Below the pieces are notes generated by a model. The model saw only the letters and a list, made by a program, of their open reading frames with translations. It was not told where the DNA came from and made no database searches. A DNA stretch of 64,000 nucleotides from positions 26,226,001-26,290,000 of the forward strand of contig NC_088798.1 of assembly GCF_011386835.1 (NCBI RefSeq), given 5' to 3'. The position numbers and the translations under genes were made by a program. Each line of letters opens with the position of its first letter. The first letter of the stretch is position 1. The DNA comes from Chrysemys picta bellii (lineage: Eukaryota). Shown piece after piece: positions 1-12,232 of the stretch.

Positions 1-137
1 AGGGGGTGGATCACTTGATGATTACTTGTTCTGTTAATTCCCCCTGGGGCACCTAGCACTGGCCACTGCTGGAAGACATGATACTGGTTTAGATGAACCA
101 TTGGTCTGGCTCAGTATGGCCGTTCTTGTGTTCTTAT
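1..137 (+). mobile_element. CR1 LINE 3' end (PsCR1-like), cut by window edge
   Basis: ggccactgctggaagacatgatactgg...ttggtctggctcagtatggccgttcttgtgttcttat tail; matches the reverse complement of the CR1 tail starting at 50991. Confidence 0.85.
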
Positions 138-1244
138 ATGCACATGGAGGGATGGATCTAGAGTGGAACTTAGTACAACTTTATGATTTTAGTACAGCAT
201 TATGTCAATCTCATTCCGAATTCTATCTTTAATTAGGTTGTATGTATTGGGATACAAATTTAGGAACATATACTTGCCACAATACACAGTGGAGTGCCCA
301 CTGATGTTGGCAGGAGGATTGCAAGGAGATCAAGGAGAAAGTATCACTTTTACATAATAACAAAACATTTCGTTATTTATAATTTCTTCCATACCTTATT
401 GTCATAGTCATCGTTCAGTGAGAAAACCCACTCTCCCCTTTAGGTGATCCCTATTAGTGCTCTTTGTTTTTCTTCCCTTCCCGTACTCCTTTCCCTATTT
501 CTCTGCCCCTTCCTCAGATTGGGAGCCTTCTCTTTTCTTTCCTTTTTATTCATTTCCCTGTAGCAACTGAATCCAGTTCTGAACCCATTGTTCTTCACTC
601 CTACCCCATAACCCCATTCCATCCACTGAAATGGATTGTGATTAAATGGTTAATATTGACACTATTGGTCATACATCTTGAGTCACTGTTTCAAGCTATC
701 TGAAGACATCACTGCATCACTTACACTTGCTTCACATTTGGAAGGTTGCTCCTGCAGCGACAAGGGCTAAAAACGTTTTTTTTAAATGAAATTTTAGATT
801 CTGGAGAACATGACTATGTCATGTTGGTCACATAAATCCATCATGTGAGCTGGATCTGGCATGCAGCCTGATCTAGAAGTTAAAGTAAAAGCTTTTGAGG
901 ATACATCAGACGTTCTCCTTAATGTCTACCCTAAGAGCATGATTTTGCAGTCCTCATGTAGACAAAACTCCTATGGATTGCATTGAGATTTCCATTCAGC
1001 TTAACTGAAGACTGTAGCATAGCAAGTTTTTAGTGAAGGTACAATTGTTTTAATTTCTTTTCTTTCTTTTTTTTTTTAATCATGAAAACACTTTATAGTC
1101 CAAGGAAGAAATTTCAATAATACAATAAGAGTTGCCTTGTATTCCTCTGAGTGTAAAGCTTTATCATGCTAGGGGGAAAAGATATAAAAGAAGTAAATTT
1201 GTTTTTTCTATTTCTTAATATCTCTGAACCATAATATCTCTGGA

Positions 1245-1958
1245 CCCTGGTTCCACAGGGCTGTCCTTGAGCTCCTTCTTTTCTCTCTTTACACCTTATC
1301 ACTGGGTAAACTTATCTGCAAATACAAACTCAACTACCATCTCTATGCGGACAGATCTATCTCTCTACTCATGCCCTGTCTCCTTCAGTCAAACTAAAAT
1401 CTCCAGCTTCTCTCTGACATCTCCTTGTGGATGTCTAGCCAGCCTCTCAAGCTCAACATGGCTAAAACAGGACTCTTAATTTCTCCCCACATAAGCTCTC
1501 CTGTCTACCTATTTTCTAGATCACTGTGGGCAATACCACCATCATGCCTGTCATTCAGGCCCATAACCTGGGCATCTTCTTTGACTCGGACCTTTCTTTA
1601 GATCCTCACACACAGGTTGTGTCTAAATCTTGCAGTTTCTTTCTGCATAACATTTCTAAGATGCAGCATTTGCTCTCCATCCACACAACTCGAATGCTCG
1701 CCAAGTCATGTCAAGTCTCAATTACTGTAACATCCTTCTCTCTGGCCTTGACAAATGCAATTTTTACCTACTTATATCCATTCAGAATGCCGCTACATAG
1801 TCTCATTATTTCCTGTACTCCCCCAATTGTCTGTCTGTATCCATCCATTGTCTCTTATCTTTAGATTGTAAGCTCTTTGGGGCATCCTCCATCTTTTTGC
1901 TCTCTGTGAAGCATCTAGCACAATGGCATCCTGGTCTATCATTAGGTGCTATGATAAT
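1245..1958 (+). mobile_element. Degraded L2-clade LINE: RT C-terminal remnant plus 3' tail
   Basis: Decayed GVPQGSVLG-like (1245-1280) and YAD-like (1340) codons, ctcaagctcaacatggctaaaac motif, tail tagattgtaagctctttggggca. Confidence 0.75.
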
Positions 1959-3165
1959 CATCCTCATCAAAAGCAATTCTTATCAGTAACCATTGTATGA
2001 AATATAGACTAATCCATCTTTCTCAATGAATTTTGATAGACCGGTTAGTACCTAAGGCCCCATTTCTGCACTTTGTGGAGTTCCTTGAAATATAAGAGTC
2101 TTAGGCCCTCCTTTGTGCAAGGGTTATGGGCCAAATGCTCTCCTCTGTTTCATTGAATGAGGGCAGAAAATGTATGTTAATTGTGTGACTTTTAGCTGAG
2201 AAGTGTACATGAAGGGAGGGAGAGGATGTAGCATGCTGCCCCATTCCCCAAACTGGAGAAAGCCCTGTGAAGCATGGCCTCTTTGGACATTTATGGGCCA
2301 TAGAACATCAAATCTAGACAAGTCTGCATGCTCCCCAACTAAACCACCACAGTTCAAGTGTAGGTTTCCCACCTCATTAACTATCTGCACTGTTAACCGC
2401 TGATTGGATTCTAAGCCCTTGGAGAAAGTAGGACTGCAAAGTTTGACCATAGGTAAAATGAGTTGTGAACTAGTTCCTATCAGAAACAAGGCTACTAGCT
2501 GGCCATGCTGTCAGAGCAAGGGGGAACACATAGGACAGCATGGGGGTTAACAGGAGCACTGCGGTGATGTTCCTGAAATTTGCAGAGTTGGGGCTAGGTT
2601 TTCCAATGGACCTCTGGTATCACACCCTCTCCAAATGCCTTTCTTGTATGTTGAGGGCATTAAGGAAATGGATTTTATGTGAATTGATTATTTTAAATTC
2701 TAACCAGTTAGTATGTGCTCACAAAGTACTGATATTGACAAGATACAGTTAGTTTCAGTGCTTTTTTGCATAAGAGAGGATGTGTTTTCAAATGCTTAAA
2801 AAAACACAAACAGTTCCTCAATTAATAGATTTCTCCAACTAGAACCAAAATCTCATCCAGGCAGACTGACTTTTTTTAAGTTGTTGAGTTGCTGAGTACA
2901 ATCTCAAGTCATCCCCTCTGGAGCTCTTTTCTTAATATTTGGTCAGTTTATTTGTAGAAATCTGGGGTTCATCCAGTTGGATTTGGGCCCATGAGGATAT
3001 TATGTTGCTGAGCAAGATTATTATAGTTCATGGTCTGGCATTTGGAATTATCATCCCTATTGTATAGGATGTATGTTAATTTTACTTGTTAAATATAAGT
3101 AGCTTCTAAGAATGTCATCATTCATGTTTAAAAACAATATGACTGTATGTGAATGTATACATAAA

Positions 3166-3466
3166 CATAGGGGTGTCGACTTCTTCTGTACCCGGGGGGT
3201 GCTAGACCCATTCCACCCCTTCCTCTCAGGCCTCATCCCCGCCCCACCCTGCCTCTTCCAGCTCCATCCTTGCTCCTCCCCCTCCCTCCCAGGGCCTCCT
3301 GCACACCGCGGAACAGCTGATTGTGCCGGGTGGGAGGCGCTGGGAGGGAAGGGGAGGAGTTGCTCAGCAGGGCTGCCAGCAGGTGAGAGGCCCTGGTGGG
3401 TGGAAGGGAGGAGAGGGAGCTTGGCTGCCAGTGAGCACTGGAGCACCCATGGAGTCGGCACCTATG
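3166..3466. mobile_element. Non-autonomous DNA transposon (MITE, hAT-like)
   Basis: Imperfect TIRs catagg(gg)tgtcgacttc / ggagtcggcacctatg around a GC-rich interior; no clean TSD. Confidence 0.7.
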
Positions 3467-4533
3467 CAAACACATGCATATTCATTCATATATGTGATGC
3501 ATCTTTTCATCAGTATGGATTTTTCTGAGTATTTTTCATGTGCTGGGGAAGTTTAAACAGTTGCACAAAGTTTGGATTAAAGTTCTATATAATTTTGCCT
3601 TTTCCTTTATTGCTCCTAGGCCTGCCTTCCTCTATTGCAACTTTCCTTAACTCCTTTCCAGTTCACAGACCCTTCACTGTAGGCAAAATGCTACTCTTGG
3701 TTATACTGGTATAACTCCTGACTATTAGTGTAACTGAATGCAAAAAATTTGGCCATCTGTGCTTAATTCCCTTTCTTGGCTCTGAAGACCTGGTTGCTGC
3801 TAGGTCTCTCATTCTATTCCCAATTATCTCCTTTTGACACACATTCTCTTTCTGCCTCCAGGCCTCTCTCCCTTCTAGGCTGTCTCCTCCAAATTCCATT
3901 TTCTAATCCATGTCCCCATCACCATTACCAGTCTCTATCAGTCCTGATAGGACTGCATTTTCCACAATAGTGTGCTGAGAACACAAAGCATCAGGGAAAG
4001 TAATTACTAGGGTTCTCACATGTGGAACAGCATTTTGGCAGCACAGATGAAATAGTTAACCCTCATGCCACACAATTTAAAGGAGTCAGATCAAAGAACA
4101 GAACCTTTCAAACCAGTAATTTGCATAATTAAATTGCAAAACCACAATATTCAAGTGGACATGAAATATATTCAAATGAATTTCTTTGTCCCAAAAATAA
4201 AGATTAAGAAATATCTACTAACATTGCAGAGATATTGCAGGTCTGGAGGACTGAGGTGCATTGGCCCTCTGTGGAAACATTTGCACAGAATCACAACAAA
4301 TACTATTAAATTTTAACTTGTGAGTTATGCTTCCAATGAAATAGCATTCATTATAGAGCTGAGTTGAACTACAAGCAGAACATATGAAAACCAACTCATA
4401 AATAGCATATAGGTATAAACATAGTTAAAGCACACAGAGACTTCACTAAAACAGTACACTGATCTGTCTTACTTTTCTTTGACTTGTCTAACTTTGACTC
4501 CAAGCTCTTCAGATAAAGGAAAACAAATATATG

Positions 4534-4640
4534 TTATTACAGTAATATATCCAAGGCCCTGATGAAGATCGGTGCACTATTGTGCTGGGCACTGTACAAA
4601 CATAGATAAATGTCCTTGCTCCAGGAATTTATAACATAAA
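4534..4640 (-). mobile_element. L2/MIR-type 3' tail fragment
   Basis: Reverse complement reads ctatgtttgtacagtgcccagcacaatag, a typical L2-derived tail. Confidence 0.6.
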
Positions 4641-6396
4641 TGGGGAGAAGACATGATATTTGGGTGCATAAGAACAAGAGGAGGGTGTGGGAAGTGGACA
4701 ATAGAAGAATTTGGAGGAAACTCCACAAGCCACAAAATGAACCTAGCAGGGTTCTCCCATCCCACAAAGACCCTTCCCCTATTAAAGGATTTTTATTACC
4801 CTATATTTATGGTTTTCAGTCCATATTTCTTTACAAGACAATTTGAAATAATGTTTTCAAGTAAGATTTCATGAGATACATTATGCAATGTTTTACTAAA
4901 CAATCCAAATATGTGATGTCTACTGAGTTCCCTTCATCAACTTAAAATTGAGTCTTTGTTAAATGCTAACAATCAGCTCAGTGCTACATCAGGCATATAA
5001 TGCTAAAAGATGGTCCCTGACCTGAGGAGCCAGGAATGACAAGATTCTATTTTAAACAGCAATCAGATGTGCCCAGCAAGATTTTTTTTTTTAATCTAGA
5101 TGGGTTATCACTTGTGATTCTTGTTAACAGGATTTTTGCTCCTAAATCATTTTAGTACTTTTGAAAATCCGACCACTAGATATTTAGGGCTAACGCCTGG
5201 AAATTTTTGTTTTTGTTGATAACTATGGACATCTGGAAAATTCCTATACAATTTAATGTGGATGAATACACATAGAAAAGTAGTAAGGTTCTATAGAAGT
5301 TACTTCAAAAACCTATAGAACAGATGATACCTTTTTTTATGATTTGAACAATCCTATAGAAATCTATAGCAATCTATTGTTATTATCTATTAAATTCATA
5401 GGCCTTTTTTCCACTTAGTGAAATATTGGAAAACACACCTCTCAACAAAGTTATAATGTTTAAGATGAACTAAACTTTATGGTTAAGAATGTACAGTGTA
5501 TAATCTTCCAAAAATTGGTATCTTTTCTCTTTGACTATCTATATCTTTGAGTTGAGGAAACACTTTAATTTGTGTAGTTGCAGATCTCATTTTCTGTTAG
5601 TTCACCTAATAACTGTATAGTCTTATTAATTCACATACATAGCAGAAGCAGCGACCTCTGTCTTGGAAAGCTCTGTTTTAGTGAAGGTATGTGTAACCAA
5701 CACAATTATGAAAGAGTATCTTTGTTTACAGAAATGCTTTGTTTGTCTGATCATGGTTTGCAAATGTTTATGTTAATATTTAAAAAATTTAATAAGAAAT
5801 GGTAATCTTTTTGCAAACATTTGGAGCAACCATGACATTTTGCATTTGATCTTATTAAGAACGAGGCTAATTCTTAGCAAGGCATGCTTCAAAGTAACTC
5901 TATAGTTCAGGGGTTTTTCACTTTATTTGCCCTGTAATAGACTCATAAGGCATATAGGATAGACCTTTAATGCAGATATGATAATAAACTGCACACATTT
6001 GTATAAAGACATTGCTTTTACAATGGGCACAATGGTTTGTTTAGGCTATTTTAATCATGGATTATTATTGCTATTTTAAAACTTGAGTTACTATTTGGTC
6101 TCTCAAATTTGTTCAAAGAAAAGGTCAAAAGGTCAGAGTGTATACTGAAAGATAGAATGTAATGAGGAAATAATTTTATTTTTACAAAATGAAATTTCTT
6201 TTTGGGAAATATAACCCCTTTCTGGATCCTAGAGTTACTGTAGAAAATAGATCAATATTTCACAAACTGTGATCCATGAACTATTTGTCTACAGAGCAAC
6301 TAACTTCAGGTGTAAAACAACAAAAATAAAGGTGCAACAATGTGATCAAAGCTGGTTCCCAGAAAAAGGGAGTTTTCCTCATTGTATTGTAGCTAA

Positions 6397-6633
6397 GGCC
6401 AGGTCTACACTAACCCCCTAATTCGAACTAAGGTACGGAACTTCAGCTACGTGAATAACGTAGCTGAAGTTCGAAGTACCTTAGTTCGAACTTACCTTGG
6501 TCCACACTCGGCAGGCAGGCTCCCCCGTCGACTCCGCGGTACTCCTCTCGCTGAGCTGGAGTACCGCAGTCGACGTTGAACCCAGAAGTTCGATCGCTCG
6601 CCGCCGAACTACCGGGTAAGTGTAGCCAAGGCC
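6397..6633. mobile_element. PIF/Harbinger MITE with two internal hairpins
   Basis: TSD TAA at 6394-6396 and 6634-6636; TIRs ggccaggtctacac / gtgtagccaaggcc; many intact CpGs. Confidence 0.85.
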
Positions 6634-6902
6634 TAAGTGTCTAGTGAATGCATTTCAGGAAGTATAGTATAGTATCCTACTTCAGTACTTGTGTTTTCAT
6701 GCTTGGCTTGATGTTTGCCATCCCACAATTACAAAATGAAATAGCTGCCAGAATTGATAAAGAAAACTAAACAAAACTCATTATCAATATAGATCTCTAC
6801 CTACCAAAGTGTACATGTGGCAGGATCCCTAGAATTATGGGACAACACAACAAATGAGATTGGCCCTTTGAGTTTATAAACAATGAGAGCTTTCAGGTCA
6901 AC

Positions 6903-7470
6903 TGTGATGGGGTATACAAACACCAAACTGGAGAGCAGGGGGTTAAGGAAGAGCTCTGGGCCAAGGTATCCCTGCCCAATCACACCTGCAAAGCCTCCAC
7001 AAGTAGGATGTGAAGTTAAAAGGGAAAGCCGGCAGTGGAAGGGAGCAGTCAGCTTCTCCGAACCTCTGGGGGAAAGTGCTACCAAGGAGCTGATTGCCTG
7101 AGACCTGACAACACAAACCTGAACAAACCTACAAAGACTCTGAAACTCTGAAACCTACAAAGACTAGGCAGAGGACTGATTGTGCAGGTTAAAGACTTTA
7201 TTTGAGACTCTTTTCTACTGTGTGTGGAAAAGAAGTGGTTCATGGGGGTGGTTGCTTAGCACCCAAAGGGCGGAGTGTAGCTGTCTACCATTGGGCTCTG
7301 GACTGAAGCCTAATGGAGAGGACCCGGGCTCCCCTACCCACTCCAAGATGTGAGAACAACAGGAGTGTTCACCTTGGTGGAAAACCCAGCTAGGGAAGAT
7401 CCTGACCATTTAAGGGCCCAGAACCCCAAGGCTAAAGGAAAGGACTGGAAATCCTTGAGGGTCTGCTGAA
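6903..7470 (+). mobile_element. LTR-like element (Gypsy-type LTR fragment); right end uncertain
   Basis: Starts tgtgatgggg...ggggttaagga; internal duplication aaacctacaaagact at 7125-7139 and 7151-7165; no clear CA end or TSD. Confidence 0.5.
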
Positions 7471-8633
7471 GGACAGAATGGTATTTGCAATGTGGAGATG
7501 ACTGGCCCCACCTGTGCCTGATGACTAGGCAGCACTGTTGGTGGTGGTTCACCTTCTACACCAACTTTCCATCCAGAGCTTTTTGAACAAACATCAGAGA
7601 CTTGAATTTTTCCAAGTGGACCTAGGGACATTGCTTTGCCAGCACTGAATCTCTGATAGCCAAGTGGTTCCCTGTATCCTATTTTTTAAAAACATTTACC
7701 AAGTACGTGAAAATACAGAGGTGCTTTGTGCTTATGTAAAATAAAATGACTGATACCATTGAAAACACAGTATATTAGAGTAACCCAAATAAACTGTAAG
7801 ATTATATATAATGTACTTTTTTAGAAATTGTACTGGAATGTTTTTATTTTTGATGCTATGGTTGTCACTGTTACATAGCACACTGCCTATGCTTCCTGCA
7901 CAATTTTACTGAAGCATGAACAAACAACTGGAGTCTGGATAAACAAAGATCAGATGGATATCAAGGGAATGGATTAAAATATCCAAGCCAAATGGACTAT
8001 AAATATTTTAATGAGGATATTTTAGATAAGTGTGGTATTCAATAACCTTTAGGCTTGTTTTGATTTCTATTTTACCTTTTATGGTTACAAAAAGAAATTC
8101 CTTTGATTCTTGGACAATAAATTTAATAAAACTTGGCGTTTATATGCATATTTCAATGTTCGCTGAGATTGTCAGCAGTAAGAGCTAATCTTCTTTATGT
8201 AGTAGGGTGCTGAGTAGGCTTAAACGTCCTTTGCCTCCAGAATGCAATGTAATTATAAGACATGATTACAACTGATTATAATCAATCAGCATAGTCTTAA
8301 GTGTAATTTATATTGCTGCAGCTGTGGTTAGATTAAATCATCACACAAAATACAATTTCTACTAGATATGGAAAATTATTTGAACAAACCCAAATACAGT
8401 AAACTCATAATGCCATAAATACAGAGTAAATGGTGCCAATTACATAATAGTTTAGGGCTCTGTTTACCACAAAATAAGTCCCCCCTCCCCCCAAGTCTAT
8501 TCTTGATCAGAGAAACAAAATTGTCATCTCGCTGTGGTGAGAGAAGAATCTTTCTGGCCTTCTGAGCTGTTCCTCATATAATAGACAATAAAGTCATCAG
8601 AACTCCAAAAGACATTCTTAGTAAGAGTACTTA

Positions 8634-8800
8634 GGGAAGAGTAATGGAAACTTAACTGCTGAGTTCTGCTCTTGGTTTTTCTACTTACTCACTGTGCAGC
8701 CTTGTTCAAACCACTTACCCTCTTTCTGTTTCAATTACCACAGCTGAAAAGTGGCAATGATAATACTTGCCTTACCCATAGGGGTGGGTTAAGGGTTACT
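8634..8800 (+). mobile_element. MIR-like CORE-SINE remnant
   Basis: ctgtgcagccttgttcaaaccacttaccctctttctgtttcaattacc...ataatacttgcc resembles the CORE domain. Confidence 0.55.
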
Positions 8801-8803
8801 TAA

Positions 8804-9071
8804 GTCTTGTGTACACCATGCAGCCATGTGCACCAGTGAGATGGGAATTCTGATGTGCACCAACAGATTGCGCACTAACTGGCCCACGTAGATCTTGCTA
8901 AGATGCACACATGTTCCTTAGTGCGTATTAACATTGTACTATTAATGCACACTAGGGAACTTTCAATGCACACCACTGAGGCCTATCCAGGCCAATTAGT
9001 GCGCAACACATTGGCGCACATTAGAATTCACATCCCACTGGTGCACATTACTGCACCATGTAGACAAAGCC
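8804..9071. mobile_element. Fold-back PIF/Harbinger MITE
   Basis: Arms are imperfect inverted repeats over the full length (atgtgcaccagtgagatg / catcccactggtgcacat; tgcgcactaactggcc / ggccaattagtgcgca); flanks taa / tca. Confidence 0.8.
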
Positions 9072-9490
9072 TCAGTTCATGGAATATTTCTCCAACTCTT
9101 TCATTTTCCAGACTGCCTCACTACATAAGTTTCCTCCAGGACTACCTTCTCACCTGACCTCCCTATATGTGATTTATAAAAGGGTTGTCTGCAGACTAGC
9201 AGGAAAAGCCCCATGCTCTACGTTGATCAGGACACACAGAAAAATGAAACATGACATAGAGAGGGATTTTAAAGAGTAAGGCCAAAACTGTATTCACTTT
9301 TAACTTGAATGGTGGAGGTGGGAGAAATGCTAATACTGCCCTGTTCCCCTGCACAAAATAGCAGGCATGTGTTTGAGTCTAGTGTGGTGTTAAATGACCT
9401 CCCTATCAAATAACCATATTCACCCCTGGTCCTCTTCAGCTTAACCCTTAGGATGCAGCCAACCTCTGAATCCTGCTAGTCTTCCTCTGC

Positions 9491-9648
9491 TCAGCTGGCC
9501 AGAGATTTGGGCTGAAATGAAACATTTGTTTTAATTTTGCCAGTGGAAAATTCTGTCAGAATATGTCTTATGCCATGGAAAATTTGGATTTTGACAAAAC
9601 TTAATTTTATGACAGTAAATTTTTTTTGAATTTTTTCAACCAGCCCTA
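9491..9648. mobile_element. Old AT-rich MITE (tagagctgg-type termini)
   Basis: Ends ttttcaaccagcccta; interior gaaaattt/ttttgac motifs shared with 41103-41298. Confidence 0.45.
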
Positions 9649-10017
9649 ATGTTTACCACTGTGGCATGACAGTAGCTGCTGCATAATTAAAATGATATGA
9701 TATCTCTAGAGGGGCAGTTTGGCTACCTTAACTGAATTTTGGTACTTCCATAAGTTTAGGTTTCCTGTATTGGTAACTTTAACTTTGACTTTCTCAGGTT
9801 ATTAATGAAAAATAATTCTTGAAACGTAACATACATTCAAGCTACTGCTATGTGCCTGAACCCTTAAATACGTCATGTTTATGAAGGCGCATCCAAGAGA
9901 ATTTACAGTTAAATGTAATTAATCATCAAGAAACTGAGCTTATTTATTATTATATTTCTCTTAGCTGAGGAACACAGTGAATCAGTACTGTAGGCAAGAA
10001 TCAACTATGAAAAACAG

Positions 10018-10124
10018 TATCGGGGGTAGCCGTGTTAGTCCGAAGAAGTGAGGTTTTTACTCACGAAAGCTTATGCCCAAATAAATCTGTTAGTCTTTAA
10101 GGTGCCACCAGACTTCTTGTTGTT
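10018..10124 (-). mobile_element. 107-bp Penelope pLTR-derived insertion with inversion
   Basis: Perfect 12-bp direct repeat tatgaaaaacag at 10006-10017 and 10125-10136; both parts resemble the 3' end of the element at 12950-13083 but in opposite orientations. Confidence 0.85.
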
Positions 10125-10386
10125 TATGAAAAACAGGTAATTTTTAAAGATATCCATTGACATTGAATCTGCAGATAATGCATTTTACTGCCTCTAGACT
10201 TCTTTCATGGATCTCCTTCTTTTCACATAAATTTTTCTCTTACTGCTCTAGTTTATGAGTTTCATCTTCAATGTAAATCCCTGTGCTACTGCATAATTTT
10301 GTTTTAAACGTAAATGGTCAGTCTGAAATAGTAAAGCTGTCTGTAGCAGTCATCATACTCATAAATTCTAGTTTTGTATCAGCTTA

Positions 10387-10493
10387 GGCCCCTATCCTAT
10401 AATAGACTCAGAAGGAACAGAGCCCCATTGACTTCAAGGGGGCCCTGCACAAACACAGAGGTCTGTCCGCACACAAATTGCAAGATCAGGGCT
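10387..10493. mobile_element. Old short Harbinger-like palindromic element
   Basis: TTA on both sides; termini ggcccctatcct / agatcagggct; core ccattgacttcaaggg. Confidence 0.6.
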
Positions 10494-11161
10494 TTATAGT
10501 GCTATACATAATAGATTCCTCTTTGAGATTTATACATTGTAATGAGAGATGAAGAGCTCACTCCCTAATGGTATTTCAAAGTCAGTTAGAGTATTGTCCT
10601 GAGTGCCATTAATTTTATGATCATTCACCTCATGGTATGATAATTTTTTTAATAATTCAAACCTAAATATTTTTGAACCTGCCATTTTTAACCCCAAATG
10701 CCTGGGTATGTTTATTTTTAATTTAGCTAAGCTGTACCACATATGGCATAATTTCAACTTTTAAAGTTGAATGTTCTTCAGATTTCCAGTTATAAAAGTT
10801 GTTTTTCTTACTCAGTAATGAGCTTGTATTCTCGCCAAGCAGCTGCATATGCCAGCTGCCAGAGTTACTCTTCACACACTTTTCTGTTAGCTGAGTTTAA
10901 ATTACTCTAGGTACAGAAAAATCTATTTCTACTGCTGTATAAAGAGAGGTCAGAGTAATGTCAGCCAGTAAGTAGTAGCCTTATTAGAGTTATATGAGAC
11001 TATGTTGTTATTTTTTTAAAAGTTTTGTACTTTTAATGTATATGGCTTGTATACTTTGATAATAGCCTAAGCATAGCAAAACTCAATAATTTCTTTCAGA
11101 ATTGTTCATTTTCTTTACAGGGTCATTTTTTACATACCATCCTGGTATTGATTGCATAGAT

Positions 11162-11474
11162 CAGTGGTTCCCAAACTTGTTCCACCGCTTGTGCAGGGAA
11201 AGCTCCTGGCGGGCCGGGCCAGTTTGTGTACCTGCCGCGTCCACAGGTTTGGCCGATCGTGGCTCCCAGTGGCCGTGGTTCACTGCTCCAGGCCAATGGG
11301 AGCTGCTGGAAGCAGCGGCCAGTACGTCCCTCGGACCGCGCCGCTTCCAGCAGCTCCCATTGGCCTGGAGCAGTGAACTGCGGCCACTGGGAGCCGCGAT
11401 CGGCCGAACCTGCGGACGCAGCAGGTACACAAACCAGCCCTGCACAAGCGGTGGAACAAGTTTGGGAACCACTG
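11162..11474. mobile_element. Young palindromic hAT MITE
   Basis: Perfect 8-bp TSD gcatagat (11154-11161, 11475-11482); 37-bp perfect terminal inverted repeat starting cagtggttcccaaac. Confidence 0.95.
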
Positions 11475-11651
11475 GCATAGATCATCTAACACCACAATAT
11501 TGGCAGTATCTACAGTCTTCTCTATTTGCAGTGATCTGGAAATACTGAAAATAGAGATGAGGTAGCAATTCAGCAAAGCATGTTGAAGCACACAAAATCT
11601 TACAACACTTGAGGCACATGTTTAAGCAATGGGACTTCAACGTGTGTTTAA

Positions 11652-11801
11652 GAGCCAGATTTTCAAAGAGATTTAGGTATCTAAAGATGCCGATAGCTTC
11701 CTAATGGCATTTAAAAGGACCTAAATCTATGTGAGTTTGGTACTTAACCTGCATGGAGACCTTTGCCTATTAGGCTCCTAAATACCTTAAAAACCTGGCC
11801 C
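11652..11801. mobile_element. Harbinger-like MITE nested in an older palindromic element (about 11561-11843)
   Basis: TSD TAA at 11649-11651 and 11802-11804; termini gagccagattttcaaagag / ccttaaaaacctggccc. Confidence 0.7.
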
Positions 11802-12232
11802 TAAGTGCTTTGCTAAATAAGAATAGACTGCTAAATTGGGGCCTAAATTAATAATTAGAACAAATATTTGTAAAATTGTATTCCAATATTCAAAATTTTA
11901 TTAAATTAATCCCAAAAAAGTTATTCAGTAAATTTATCTGTGAATTATTTAGCCAGTTTTATAAACTGGATAAATAACTTTAAAAATATTCAGAGAAAAA
12001 ATATCTTTAAAATATCACAAAAGTCATTCTTAAAACTACAATACCCACCTGCTGAAGTGAAAAAACAGATTGACAGAGCCAGACGAGAAGTCACCTCCTA
12101 CAAGACCGGCCCAACAAAGAAAATAACAGAACACCACTAGCTGTCACATTCAGCCCCCAACTAAAACCTCTCCAGCGCATCATCAGAGATCTACAACCTA
12201 TCCTGAAAGATGATCCTTTACTCTCACAGATC

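Noticed and set aside
3057-3556. Overlapping ORFs of 77-138 aa
   Set aside because: Centred on the GC-rich MITE at 3166-3466
4465-4525. Exon-like 34-nt segment on the minus strand with a gtaag donor
   Set aside because: Overlaps an L2/MIR-type tail on the plus strand; likely chance sites
11102-11591. Five overlapping ORFs on both strands with similar peptides
   Set aside because: Produced by the GC-rich palindromic MITE; the symmetry explains the mirrored translations
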